Positions 13,461 through 26,461 of a stretch of DNA of 64,000 bases are shown here, one piece after another (position 1 is the first letter of the stretch; every line of letters starts with the position of its first letter). Origin of the DNA: Stegostoma tigrinum (lineage: Eukaryota). The stretch is from positions 45,491,598-45,555,597 of the forward strand of contig NC_081369.1 in the NCBI RefSeq assembly GCF_030684315.1. Direction: 5' to 3'. The translations under genes were made by a program, and so were the position numbers. Under the pieces are notes generated by a model. That model made no database searches and was not told the origin of the DNA. It worked only from the letters and a program-made list of their open reading frames with translations.

Positions 13461-13594
13461 GAAATGTCAATTGTTAATGCAGCCTGTAATATTAAATGTA
13501 GTGAAGCAGAGTGTCACATAACATCTGAAAACCTGAACTGTTTGCACTTTATGTATCAAATTAGAACAGTCTGTTACAGGAATAGAATGTTACA

Positions 13595-14240
13595 CATAGA
13601 ACATATAACAGTACAGCATAGGAACAGATTCTTTGGCTTATATCTGTGCTGACCATGAATCTATTCTAAAATAATCCCCTCTGCCTGCACGTAGTGCATA
13701 TCCCTCTATTGTCTGCCTGTTCACGAATCTATCTAAATACCTCTTAAATCTTTCTAACATACCTGCTTCTACATCTCCTCCAGCAGTATGTCCCAGACAC
13801 CTACTAATGTTTGTGCTAAAGCTTGCCTTGCACAGCTCCATTAAACTTTCTCCCACTCACCATAAACCTATAGCCCCCAGTTTTTGACATTTCCATCCTG
13901 AGAAAGAGACTCCAACTATACACCTATCTATGCCTTTCAGAATTTTATATATTTCTATCAGATCACCTTTTAGCCTCCATCACTCTGTCGCGAAAACAAT
14001 CCAAGTTTGTCCAACTTCTCCTTATAGCTTATACACTCCAATGCAAGCAACATCCTGGTAAACCTCTTTTATGCACCCTCTCCAAAGCCTCCAAATCCTT
14101 CTTACAGTGTGGTGACCAGAACTGTGGACAGTACTCCAGTTGTGGCTTAACATCTTATACAGCTGCAACATGACTTCCCAACTTTTATACACAATGCCCC
14201 AATTTATGAAAGCAACAGTCCGAATGCCTTCTTTATCACC
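13595..14240 (-). mobile_element. CR1-type LINE 3' fragment
   Basis: Minus-strand peptide LERFKRYLDRFVNRQTIEGY resembling the CR1 ORF2 C-terminus; short tandem tail (catagaacat). Confidence 0.75.
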
Positions 14241-15112
14241 TCTTATAAAGTGCTTTTTAAAAAAAATTTAGGATTAAGTGAGATGATCCATTGTTTTGTG
14301 CAAAAGAAGTTTGGAGAAACTTTTGGTTATTTGAGAGGTAAACAGTGACACTGGGACATAAGCCAAAAAATATTTTTTCCAATAATTGATACTTAAGCTA
14401 AATGAGTAAATTTTAGTGAGATACTGACCTGGTCTGTTATGAAGAACAGACTGTGCAGAACAGAAACTGCTTTATTACTCATGGTCATTACAGCCAACAT
14501 AAAATTGAATTAAATAATATTTGTAAAATAAAGTCAGGTTTTGGGGATACAATATATAATTCCAACTCAAGAAGCAGCAAGAATGTATTTTATTGTTTTA
14601 ATATTTACATTAACAAATAAGTACTTTAAATACAAATAGTAGAAGAAATTTAACAAATGCCATGTTTCTTATTGATTTCTGGAGATTATTTGCATATAAA
14701 ATGCGTACATTCCAAAAGAGCTTTGAAATGTACCTATGATATGAAAGTCACCGGCAGAACTACTTCTGGATGTAAAGTAAATTCTTGTAGTCAGGCAGCA
14801 TCTATAAAGAAAATAAAATATTAATGTTTCATTGTAATCTGAGATTGCAAACAAACAGTTTAAGGGGGAAGTAAAGTCACCACAGTCTTGCCAGACCATA
14901 GAGCTGCTCTTTCATTCGAGAGAGAGGAGAGACAGAATAGGAGCTAGTTTGATCGGAAGTCACCACACTTCAGATGAGGGGGTAGGTTGCGGAGGAGAAT
15001 CCCTTACAGTAATCTCAGCTAGTGCAGGAATTGAACTGTTGGTGTTGCTCTGCATTATAAACCAGCCATCCAGCTAACCGATCATTAATCACAAAAAACA
15101 ACTGTTAACTAA

Positions 15113-15211
15113 TTTTTTCTGAAGAAGAGTCGAGATCCAAAATGTCAGCTTTCCTGCTGCTCTGATGCTGCTCGGCCTGCTGTGTTTATCCAGCTCTACA
15201 TCCTGTTATCT
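15113..15211 (+). mobile_element. Short Penelope terminal-repeat fragment
   Basis: Shared terminal-repeat sequence with a decayed hammerhead core; near-perfect direct repeats ctgtt(a/c)actaa at 15102-15112 and 15212-15222. Confidence 0.6.
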
Positions 15212-15314
15212 CTGTTCACTAACTGAATGTGCACACAGTGTTATAGTCAACTGGTTTCATGCACGTATTTTGTGGCCATAAATAAATACTTTAAGGTGGA
15301 CTACCATTTTGGAG

Positions 15315-15540
15315 CAAAATAAGAACTGGAAGAACTGCAGCTGCTGTGAATCAGAGACAAAAACAGAAATTGCTGGTGAAGTTCAGGTCTGGCAGCATCT
15401 GTGGAGGGAATCAGAATCAATGTTTTGGGTCAAGTGATCCTGTTTGAGGAAAGGTCACTCGACCCGGAACATTAAGTCTGATTGTCTACACAGATGCTGC
15501 CAGACCTGCTCAATTTTTCCAGCAATTTCTATCTTTGTTG
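15315..15540. mobile_element. Fold-back Penelope-derived miniature element (second family)
   Basis: Inverted arms aggtctggcagcatctgtg / cacagatgctgccagacct around a decayed TGAGGA...gacccggaac core. Confidence 0.7.
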
Positions 15541-16637
15541 ACCATTTGCAGCACTTCTCTAGCACTGTATATTTCTAAAACTCAGCTAATTACTCAACTC
15601 CTGAGAGGGCAGTCGGGTCTTTAATTGTACATGTTACAGTTAGTGAATTAGAATATATGCAGATTTTTTTTGAATTATATGAATTACATCCAACTCTGAT
15701 GTTTTATGCAAACTATTTTGTTAATTGCAAAACATCTAGATTAAAATCAGCCTCAATTAAGTTTTAGCAAAAACTTTCCACGGCCAAAGTAGGTGTGTCC
15801 TGGTGTAAAGGGCTCCAAGCTTTGGTCAGGACACCAGGGGATAAGGTCAGTCTCCTGACTGAAGAAACAGATGCCTAGTGGTGAGAGGGCAGGGCATGAC
15901 TGGGGCAGGCTCTAAGAAGGTCTGTCTTGATCCTCTGGGACTGAGCTTCAGTAATTTTAGACATTGATAAACTCTCTCACCCTGACCTGTCACACCCTCA
16001 CCACACCTAATGGCCTCATGTCAGTTTCATAATGTCCCAAAAAATGCCAAGTCCTCTAATATATCAATACCATCTCTATGCCCACATGCCTGCTACTCAT
16101 ACCGCTTTGCCACCTCATGCCCCACTGCCACTCCCTTTATCCACTCATACACCCAAGCTACCTCATACTATATGCCACTCCCATAGCCATTCAACCAGTA
16201 CTCACCATGGGAAACCTCAGAAGCCAAATGGAGATAAAAGATAATAAACTTCTAACACATTTGTACAGTTCTCATTCATGCATTTGATAGCAAAAAAACT
16301 CCCATTCAGCACATAAATCTCAAGTGCTTATTTTCTTATAAAAGCAAACAAATTTCTACTTAGACCCTACAAAGATAATTAATCCTTTCATAACCCCTTT
16401 AAACTCAGTCACACTGAGATAACTGAAGCTTTTGAAACTCAACCAAGCATTCCTATAAAATCTTCATGAAATGCCAATGAATATCTCTATTGAAACTGCA
16501 CGGGATGGTATTCCTTTTACTAACCTCTATCAAATAGCATGTCAATAAAAGCTATCAGTTTTTTTAAGCTCTCACCAACAGTCTCAGTTTATTTCCTTCT
16601 ATGTTTAAGAACAAAAGACTTAGAAAAACTTCAGATT

Positions 16638-16925
16638 AGGTGTGGTACTGTGGTCAGTAGTGCTGCCACGTAGTGCCAGGGACCTGGTTTGATTCCATCC
16701 TCGGGTGACTGTTGGTGTGGAGTTTGCATATTCTCACCATGTCTGCTTAGGTTTCCTATGGTTTCCTCCCACAGTCCAAAGATGTGCAAGTTAGGTGGAT
16801 TGCCATGCTAAATCATCTCATAATGATGTGTAGGAATAGGATAGGTGGGGTCTGCATATCGGGTATTCTTTGGAGGGTTGGTGTAGTCTCAAGCTGCCTA
16901 CTTCCACACTGTAGGGATTCTATAA
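16638..16925 (+). mobile_element. HE1-like V-SINE
   Basis: tRNA-like head (agtgccagggacctggtttgattcc), V-domain (gtgtggagtttgcatattctc ... ggtttcctcccacagtccaaagatgtgc) and LINE-like tail (ttccacactgtagggattctat). Confidence 0.8.
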
Positions 16926-17237
16926 TTTTTTTAAAACACAAAAGACTTTACCTACTCTTTAAGAGAGCTTACATCTCCGCAATATGGGCAGCAGCCAAAG
17001 TGGATTCTGTTTGAACTCATCACTATGCTCAAACAGCACTACTGAATCACATTTCCTGTATGTGAATTATGGCCCATCTCTACCCTCCTGACAGATGTTA
17101 AAAAGATTTAAATGGGCGCAGGACTTTGCATTCAAGTCCCTTCTACCATTGTTAGGAAATATTTATGTCACTCTGTTCAGATACATGTCATGGCAGATTG
17201 TACTTGAACCTGAGCTTTCTCCCCAGACATGAGACCC

Positions 17238-18490
17238 TAAGACACAGGAGCAGAAATTAGGCCATTCAGCCAGGGTCTGAACAACCATTCAATCATGGCT
17301 GATAATTTTCTCAACTCCATTCTCCCACATTCTCCCTGTAACCTTTGACCTCTTTGACAATCAAAAACCTATCTATCTCTGTCTTAAACATACTCAATGA
17401 CCTGGCCCCCACAGCCTTCTGTGGCAATGAATTCCACAGATTCACCACTCTCTGGCTGAAGATGCTACTCATCATCTCTGTTCTAACAGGTCTTCCCTTT
17501 ATTCTTAGGCTGTGCCCTCAGGTCCTAGCCTCTCCTGCTAATGGAAACACCGTCCCAACATCCACTCGGTCCAGGATATTCAATACGACATAAGTTTCAA
17601 TTAAATCCCCCTCATCCTTCTAAACTCCACCAAGTATAGATCCAGAGGCCTCAAATGTTCATCATATGTTAAGCCTTTCATTCTGGAGATCATTCTCGTG
17701 AACATCCTCCAGACTTGCTTCAAGGCCAGTACATCCTTCCTCAGGTATGGGGCCCAAAATTGCTCACAACACTCTAAATGCGGTCTGGGCAGAGTCTTAT
17801 AAGGCCTCAGAAGTACATCCCTGCTTTTATATTCTAGTCCTCTCGAAATAATTGCCAACATTGTACTTGCTTTCCTAACTACCAAGTCAAGCTGCAAGTT
17901 TGCCTTAAGAGAATCCTGGACTAGGACTCCCAAGCCCCTTTGCACTTCAAATTTCTTTTGCCTCTCTTTTGCCCTTTATATATCGAAAGAAACTCTTGCA
18001 ATTATAGGCTTCCCAATCTGCTCGCTTCTCAATGCTCTTTGCCACATTATATGTTTTCTGTTTTGCTTTTATGCTGTCCCTGACTTCTCTAGTCAGCCAC
18101 AGTTGCCTCATCATCCTTGTACCATGCTTCTTTTTCCTAACAGTGAATTTTTGCTGTGTCTCCCAAATGACTCCTAGAAACTCCTGCCATTGCTGTTCCA
18201 CTGCCTTTCCTGCTAGGCTCCCCTCCCAGTCAATTCTAGCCAACTTTTCCCCCATGCCTCTAATTGCCTTTATTCAACTGTAATACTGTTATATCTGATT
18301 GGAGCTTCTCCCTCTTAAATTGCAGAGTAAATTATGTCATATTATGGTCACTGCCTCCTAAGGGTTCCTTCACCTTAAGTTCTCTTATCAAGTCTGTCTC
18401 ATTTCACAGCACTAAATCCAGAATTGCTAGTTCCCTAGTGAGCTCCACCACAAGCTGCACTAAAAAGGCTCTTGTAGACATTCCACAAAA
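17238..18490 (-). mobile_element. CR1/HER1-type LINE, internally deleted
   Basis: Minus ORFs with ISRGLEYKSRDVLLRPYKTLPRPHLECCEQFWAPYLRKD and KSFFRYIKGKR, typical of CR1 ORF2. Confidence 0.88.
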
Positions 18491-19512
18491 AGGGAAACGT
18501 GCAGTGCACCACAGGAACTTTTCCACCATTTTAAATTTTAAAATATGTTTTGGCCTGTTTCTTTAAACAACCTGTTTACAGCTATTATTACACACCTCTG
18601 GAAGAGATAGGACTTGAAGTATATGCACAAAAATCCAGCACCTGCTTTCAGTTGCATTTTTAGTGTCATTACAAATACTTGTAATTCCACAGACTGGAAT
18701 TACAATTGTACTAAGAATGGATTGCAAGAATAATTGTATAATTGAAACTGAATCAACTGGTGTTACTAAATATGCAAAACAATTTAAGTCATGATCATGT
18801 CAAATCATTGAAATACTTGGGCAGCAGACTCTGTAATTTTTTAAAGCAATAATATGTTCATGTACCCTCTTAAAATGGTTTCCCAAATGTCAGGTGATAT
18901 TTGTTCTGTAGTTTATGCACAGGCAGAGACAAAATGTCTGGGAAGTTACTTAAAAATACAAACAACTTTCCAGATGCATATTGGCTGACCCTCACCATTT
19001 CAACAGAAGAGATTTAAAAGGAAGGCTGCAAAGCCCACTGGCACCAAGAAAAAGGAATTTCAAATAATAGCTTTCAAACAGTTAAGCATAACTGTACACA
19101 AATGGGATCTCAATTTCCACCTTCCCCTCATACGTACAGATTATCTCATTGCCAAACCATTATGCAGACAATTGGACATCACATGACCAAATCCATCTGG
19201 GGAGGTTGTTAACACCTTTTTATGCCATTAGGGAACACAGCAGGGCAGTCTGAGAGTAACTGCCCTCTTTAGTCTTATAACCAATCAGAAGGAAAAAACT
19301 CTGCCTAAAATCAGTAGTAAACAGAAAATTTGTTTCAACTACATGATCATTTCTTTGCTACCAAAGCACAGCCACAATGTTATCTAACATAGGTAGAAAA
19401 TTTCCAACTTCCACTGTCTTTGATGCTTTTCATTTTAAAGGACTGTTTAAGAATACATGGCTTGAACATGTTACTATGCTAATAATCTAAATGCATGCTT
19501 CATCTCTAAAAT

Positions 19513-19651
19513 TCATCTTTTCTTGTAAATGTGTTTACGTGTTTGAAAGTGTGGGTACTTCATGTTGACAAAAGTTTCTTTTGACAAAAGCTTCCTCGGT
19601 ACATGTTTGTGTCTATTCTTTAACGTCACAACAAACAGGTTCAAAGATCTC
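19513..19651 (-). other. Candidate next exon of the SPATA33-like locus
   Basis: Acceptor aatttcag at 19652; the frame matching the phase-2 donor at 20119 is open (RSLNLFVVTLKNRHKHVPRK...KKR*). Confidence 0.3.
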
Positions 19652-20119
19652 CTGAAATTACATTTCATTACAGTCAACTTAGAAGTTAGAAAAAAATGAT
19701 AAAGTGAGCCCACCACCTCTACCATCTGTAACAGCTTGAAAATATGCTTTAACTGGAAGTTTTTAAGCTGAATATCATGGTGACATAAGTTGTTAAATGT
19801 GGATAGGCTTAGTGGAATCTGTATCGAACAGCAGCACTTTAACAGAGAGCAAGTTAGAATGAACAGTTTTAAATAAAAAGAACTACAGGCTCTGGAACTC
19901 AGAAACAAAAACAGAAATTGCTGGAAAAACCCAGGTCTGGCAGCATCTATAGAGAGAAAGTAGAGTTAACATTTTGGGTCCTGTGACGCCTCTTCAGAAG
20001 TTCAGTTCATGGTCACCATGGACAGAGATGAAAATACTGATTGACTTTTGCATATGTTTTATAAAGAACTGCATTTTGAATTATGTAATTTCTTCCCATA
20101 ATGTGTAACTTCAAGTTAC

Positions 20120-20362
20120 TTTTATCTCCCAGTACTGGCAGTGTAATGTTTTCTGGCAGCATCTTTTCTCTTCTCTTTTTGACCGGGTGCCATTGAAGTC
20201 GGATAATTTCTCCAATTAAGTTTTCTCTTCGCTTTTTGACCAGGTACCTTCAAAGTTGAATTCTTTCTCCAATTAGACGTAGATGATGAAGGTGTAACTA
20301 TAATTGTAGGATGAGGAAATATTTGTCTATGCTGTCATCCTTTTTTGGCAGGGGGATTTTAT
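20120..20362 (-). pseudogene. Candidate SPATA33-like exon (frameshifted or pseudogenised)
   Basis: Acceptor ttctttag at 20363 and donor gtaact at 20119. Reads DKIPLPKKDDSIDKYF, then after a 1-nt shift PHPTIIVTPSSSTS-NWRKNSTLKVPGQKAKRKL-NWRNYPTSMAPGQKEKRKD-AARKHYTASTGR*. PxIxIT-like motif at the syntenic position and strand of SPATA33. Confidence 0.5.
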
Positions 20363-22289
20363 CTAAAGAAATTATTTTTAAAAGAGTAATCAAAGTCCAA
20401 GCGTGGGAAAATAAGAGGTTCAACAAAATTCCCTAATAAATCAAAAGTTTGGCCTCTGGCTTTATATCTATTCTATGATTTGTACTTCTCTCCAGTTTTG
20501 TTTGACCAACTGCACTATAACCCAAAAACCACACAACATTGGAATTGGCAATTCCAATTTCAATATTAATATTGGCATGAATCTATACTTATATGGTTTA
20601 GTCCAAGTTGTGTTGAGTTTTATTGGTGGGGGGGGGGGGAACGGTTTGGCAAGAGGCCCAGCAGGTTTTCTCACCATCTTACTCAACTGGCTGCATTAAT
20701 TAGCTACCCAGCTCTGATGATATCTCTCATATTTGATTCCTTTTCTCATCCTAATCCTTGGGGAAAAAAAAAATCAGCAAACACTCTTTTTCTCTGTTCC
20801 CTCACACTTACTCTGTCTCGGAGACTGCACCCACCTCCCGCAAAGGCACTTTGAGCACTTTCAGGATTGCATTCAATGCCTTCCCTCATTTGTTCTCTTC
20901 AGTCTCCAACACCAATAACTCTATACACCTCCTGCTCAGAACTTACCACCTCATCTCCCACTATAATCTCACTCATTGCTCCCATTTTGCTCAGAAGAAG
21001 TCAGCCCACAAGAGATCAGAAAGCCCAAATGGTGAAGGGATGTAAGACATCTGTCTCTTCACTCCCGACACAGAAACGATCCTGGCCCTTGCAAGAGAAG
21101 GCTGGGAGCACTCCTGAAGGATGCAGAAACACACAGGTCTCACCAAACAACTAAGTACTATGTTTCATTCCACAGCAACTCTTACCACTGCCCGCAATCT
21201 TTGTACACACTTCTAACCATAGGCCACGACATCTTCTCCCTCTTTTGTGTTGCAGGTTCCATTAATCTCCTGCTCCACGACTCCTACAGAGAAGGAGTAG
21301 GCTCCAAGAGAAGCCCCATTCTCAACCTGAGAGGATGAGATTACGAAGATCTCAGAGAAAGCATCACCTAGGTCATCTCCTACATCTCCCAACCAGTCCA
21401 GATTGTGACACCTTGGAGCGAATCATAACATTGAGAGACAGTGTCTGTACATAGTCTGGTGAGCAGCTCACAGTGACAGCTTCACCAGGCCAAGGAATTA
21501 AAGGCCCACACAGCTGGCAAATGAAGGACAACCAGTGCCAACACCATGTGATTTTTAGTAATCAGAGGGGCATCACCCGACGATGACAGGCATATGGGAT
21601 GCAATGGACCCCACATTGCTAGAAGCAGTATCAGTGCAGAGAATCCTGCCATCGTCTGTCTTCTTCCATGAACAGATTGGCACTGCCAAGAAGAATGAAA
21701 TCCAGTATTGTCAGGGACTGCGGAGGTGCACCTATTGCTCTATCCATTGATCCTCAGGACCAGAACCATGTCAAAGAGGAGGGATGCTTCACCCCAGTTC
21801 AAGTGGCCCGACCTCATGAGGAGACAGGATGGTGCCAGGTGAAGCCCATCCAGAGACTGTACCACGTGCGCACACACGCACATGCACACATAGAGGACAT
21901 TGCAGAGGTGGCCAGAGTCTTCAACTCCACCCTGCCTCCCTACTCTGACATTTGGACATTCAAGGCAGGGGGGATTGGCCTGTCTCCGCAAGAAGACCCT
22001 TGTCATAGCTGGCTGGCAGCACCCCTGGAGTCATCCCACCAAACCTCCAGAGCCAAATGGGGCACAACAGCTGACCAGGCTCCCTCAACCCCAAGTGCAG
22101 AACCAATTAATGCACTGAGACATAGTGGGAGGGAACAAAGAGAACCTATTGAGGGCACTTTTGGGGCATAGGTGAAAAAGATATGTCCATGAATAATACT
22201 TTCTGCATTAATGCTCCTGATGTAAACAATCATGTGCTTGGGAGTCTCTCTCTGTGTAGGCAATAAACATGCATTAACACCTTCCATCA

Positions 22290-22960
22290 GCACTTCATGG
22301 TCACAGACTAGGTTCCATCACTGCTCACAATGTGGTCTCCTCTACATTGAGAAATGAAGCATAGTCTGGGTGACTGTTTCATAGAATACCTATGTTCTAT
22401 CTACAAAAATGAACCAGAGCTTCCAGTTCGCAACTTCCAGTTGCCTGCCAATTTAATACACTACCTTATTCCCTGGCCAACACCTCTATCTCAGGCCTGC
22501 TACAGGGCCCCAGTGAAACTCAGGACAAGCTGGAAGGACAGCAACTTATTTTCCATTTGGGAACACTGCAGCGTTCTGAATACAATACAAGTTCATCAAT
22601 TTTAGGATGTGAGGCACCTTCTCCCACTTCCTTACCCCAGTACCCACTCAAAAGGCCTTGTTATCACATGGTCTGCTATTGCACACCAACCATTGATAAT
22701 CACTAATAGGCCCCATTAGCAGCTATTCATCCTTTTTGACTGACCTTGATCTGTCCAACTGTTCTCTCACTTTGGCTCTATCTCCACCTATCATTTACTC
22801 CATTTCCCCCTCCCCACCCTATCTTCTGTATTTAAAAAAACCTTTTTCCAAGCTACCATCACTTCTGAGGAAGGGCCACTAGACCCAAACATTAACGGAT
22901 TTCTCTCTACGCATGCTGCCGGACCTGCTGAGATTTTCCAGTAATTTCTGCTTTTGTTTC
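22290..22960 (+). mobile_element. Penelope-like element 3' fragment (GIY-YIG remnant plus terminal repeat)
   Basis: CSQCGLLY..., LGDCFIEYLCSIYKNEPELPV; then a pyrimidine-rich tract and a CTGAGGAagggccactagaccc hammerhead remnant near 22865. Confidence 0.82.
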
Positions 22961-24185
22961 CATGGATGGAGGACTGAGCAGGGACTTATTGAACCATCTG
23001 GGAGAATGAATGAAATAAAGTGGAGACAAAGCATTGGATCATAATGACACCTTTGTCCCTCCCCAGTCAAAACACTACATTTGGCTTTCTGTGGGTGCAA
23101 AGGTGTAAATCTCAAAGAACTGTTTACCAGTTACTGTGCCACGGTGGGACAATGCGCAAACAGCTTAAATGCTATGGGATGGTCAGAGATTCAGGAGCCT
23201 ATGTGAGGTGTATACTTACTTCAGTCTGTGACGTATGTTCTTTCCCTTTGTAAGTCCAATGCTCAGTTTTTGTTGCAGCCCATTCCCCAATTATAGGATT
23301 TGAGGCACCTTGTCCCACTTCCTTACCCCAGCACCCACACAAAAGACCTTGTTATCACAGGCAAAGTCACTGAACCACCAGCTCAGAGTTTAGCCACTTT
23401 TCTTCGAACACACTGCATATTCAGATTCTGCATGGTGGAAGGTGAAAGATGGCACACCTCTGCCAGTGACTTCCAGTCTCAACCTGAATGTGCTAGCGAG
23501 ACCCTACACACCACATCCCCTTCCTAGTATATCATCCCATTGATCCCACAGGGTTCACACTTCCCCAAGTCCGCAATCAAGCTGCCTACCTGAGTCTACA
23601 CTGCTCAGCTTCCGCACCCAGCCCCTGGCAATATGAGGTGAGCATGCTAGGCATGGTCATTCTGTGATGACTCCCTTCCCATTTGAAGCAGGGTGCTTCT
23701 AACCATAGACAAACCTCTCCTCCCAGCTATGCTTTACGATGTCCTGCTAATACTGCTTTTACACTCCCCATCCCCCACTGCCCCCCCACCACTGAAATAA
23801 CTGCACTGTACCTGTGGCTACAGGCTGCAGCTCCTAGTCCCAAACAGCAAATGTCAAGGCTCAGTCACCTGTTTTGTCTCCAACTTCCCTTCTCCCTCAG
23901 TCTCTGTGGGTGGTTCCAACTAACCATAATCCACATCCTTGACTGACATAGCCAGACAGTCATGTTCAAAACATGCCTGGACCCCCTGGCTTATGCTTAT
24001 ACATGTCCCCAAACACTTTAGGGGCATCCTTCCCCTCCTCCAGATTTGCTGCTTCAGAACCAATGCACTGACTGTGACCCACTCTCTGGATTTGTACAGG
24101 AGGATGCCCTTGATTTATTGTGCCCGGACCCCCTGTCTGAATCAATTGAGGATTACTCTCCCAGGAGTAGGATACATGGCTACCT

Positions 24186-24238
24186 AGATAATAAAATGTG
24201 AGGCTGGACGAACAGCATCTGCAGTTCCCATTATCTCT
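24186..24238. mobile_element. 53-bp collapsed Penelope-derived insertion
   Basis: Only the outer tips of the terminal-repeat arms, flanked by gatacatggctacct at 24171-24185 and 24239-24253. Confidence 0.8.
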
Positions 24239-24354
24239 GATACATGGCTACCTGCTTACTGCACATGTATTGTCTTTTCCATGTAAGGTGCTTACACGTG
24301 GTGCAGATCTGAGATTGGCATAATGCACTGCAGTATTGTGCAGAAGGTCAAAAG

Positions 24355-24725
24355 GTGGCCTTATGAAGGTTTGTAAAATTATGAGAGGTATAGATAAGGT
24401 GAATAGTAGGTGTCTTTTGCCAAGGACGAGGGATTCAAAGACCAGGGGACATATTTTTAAGGTGAGAGAAAGATTTTAAAACATATAAGGCAACTTTTTT
24501 TTTGAAACATGGAGTGTGGTTTGTTTGTGAAATGAACCTCCTGAGGGAGTGTTGGATGCAAGTATCATTACAATGTTTAAAAGACATCTGGGTAAGCATA
24601 TGAATAAGAAATGTTTGGAGGAAATTGGACCAATCTCAGACAGGTGGGACTAGTTTAGTTTGGGATTATGGTCAGCAGGGGCCAGTTGGACCAAAGGATC
24701 TATTTCTATGCTGTATGACTCTATG
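24355..24725 (+). mobile_element. CR1-type LINE 3' fragment
   Basis: Degenerate KIMRGIDKV ... TRGH ... FKRHL coding remnant and a ctatgactctat-like tail. Confidence 0.75.
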
Positions 24726-25556
24726 TGTACCCCTCTAGACTGAGGATTACTTAAAAGCTTTCATGACTGCACTCATTGGTAGTGCAAGGCCAGCAGGGAT
24801 GCTACAAGTATGGAGTTAAGTGAGCGCTAAGTAAGCAAGTGTGCTAGACTAGTCTCTGATCTGGGTGCTCCAGCAAAGCGTCCCCAGTACAGTCTTTCAA
24901 ACCTGGATGTTGGTGTGCCCTGCAATGCAAATCTGTGCTTTCAGAGTGCAATGCCAATCAGCAGAGGAAGAGGCAGAATGTATTGACAAATCAGCTGGCA
25001 AAGTCTGTGACTGAAGATGTACATGCCTGGCACATGTAGACCATGCCCCGAGTGTTTTTGACCAGTGTCTAACATGAAGATCGATCAGAGCAATGGTGAG
25101 CTGAATCCACTAGATGCATACTCTGGTTTCCTTGTTAAGTATTCAAGATGTCTAGTTTGCTTGGTGAGTTTCGTGCAGTGAGAGTTTGAATATTAATGAG
25201 GTGAGCTGTGGCGTTAAAAAGGCAATTAACAATCAATAATGAGCACCAACTGGCATCTCACTGCTGCCAAGTGAGAATCTGGCCATTGCAACCCACTTAG
25301 CACAAGTACACCCACAATACCATCAGGGAGCTCCGCAGTTCTGTCCCAACAACACTGACGGAACATTAGTAAATTTCCAAGTAAGGATGGTGAGTGGTGA
25401 CTGGTGGCATGAATTACCTACTCCTGATTCTATGTTGCTATGTTCCTAAAATTTTCACTTCTTTGTATTCCAGACCCCTTTGGGTGAAGATTAATTTTCT
25501 TTCCCTGCAGTAGAATTCCATGTGTACATGTCAAAGAACTAAGAAATGGCCATGAA

Positions 25557-25882
25557 TTAAGAAAGAGTTAAGAAATCCAGAACCAGAGGACACAGTTTAA
25601 AAATAAGGGGTAGGCCATTTAGAACAGAGTTGAGGAAAAACTTCTTCACCCAGAGAGTGGTGGATATATGGAATGCTCTGCCCCAGAAGGCAGTGGAGGC
25701 CAACTCTCTGGATACTTTCAAGAAAGAGATAGATAGAGCTCTTAAAGATAGTGGAATCAAGGGTTATGGGGATAAGGCAGGAACAGGAAACTGATTGTGG
25801 ATGATCAGCCATGATCATAATGAATGGTGGTGCTGGCTTGAAGGGCCGAATGGCCTACTCCAGCACCTATTGTCTATTGTCT
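25557..25882 (+). mobile_element. Young 5'-truncated CR1-type LINE with 13-bp TSD
   Basis: Open KSRTRGHSLKIRGRPFRTELRKNFFTQRVVDIWNALPQKAVEA; (tctattg)n tail; aaatggccatgaa at 25544-25556 and 25883-25895. Confidence 0.9.
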
Positions 25883-26461
25883 AAATGGCCATGAAAGGAG
25901 AGATGGGATTCAAAGGATGAGATTCTGCTTCATGGTTCACAGTCCATAGGATTTCAATAGAAGGATTCTTGCTAATGCATATGTGAGATCTAAGCAGATA
26001 CTACTTTCAGGATTTTACTATGGAAACTGCATCTGACAGAATATACTCCAATAGCTGACATAACAAGAAATGGAGAATATTCCATCACGAAATGCATTTT
26101 ATGAATGGTAGAGAGTCAAGGGCTTACTTGTCACTGAATTCCCAGATGTTAACCTGCTCAGGTAGCCATAATATTCATATTGTTGGTTCAGTTAAGTTTT
26201 TGGTCCATGGTGATTTCCCATAATGTTGACATTAAGGGATTTCAGTGATGGTGATATTACCATCAAGGAAAAGATTATTCTGTCTTGTCAGTGTGGTAAC
26301 TACCACCTGTGATGCAAATATTACTTTGCAGCACAATCCTGAGTGCTGTTCAGGTAGACCACATGGTCTAGTCCAATAATAGGGAACACCTGGTATGACA
26401 AGTCAAGTTATTTTCATTTGGGTCCAGATAATGCTGAAAGCTAATTACCCTAATGGTTCAG

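Larger units (their letters stand above)
20600..25285. mobile_element. Highly decayed PIF/Harbinger-like DNA transposon relic with nested insertions
   Basis: About 20993-21150 on + reads KKSAHKRSESPNGEGM*DICLFTPDTETILALA, resembling the segment after the Myb/SANT domain in Harbinger accessory proteins; moderately GC-rich degenerate coding-like sequence. Boundaries are guesses. Confidence 0.4.

Noticed and set aside
21668-22171. 167-aa ORF as a host gene
   Set aside because: No recognisable domain or exon structure; lies within a probable decayed Harbinger-like relic.
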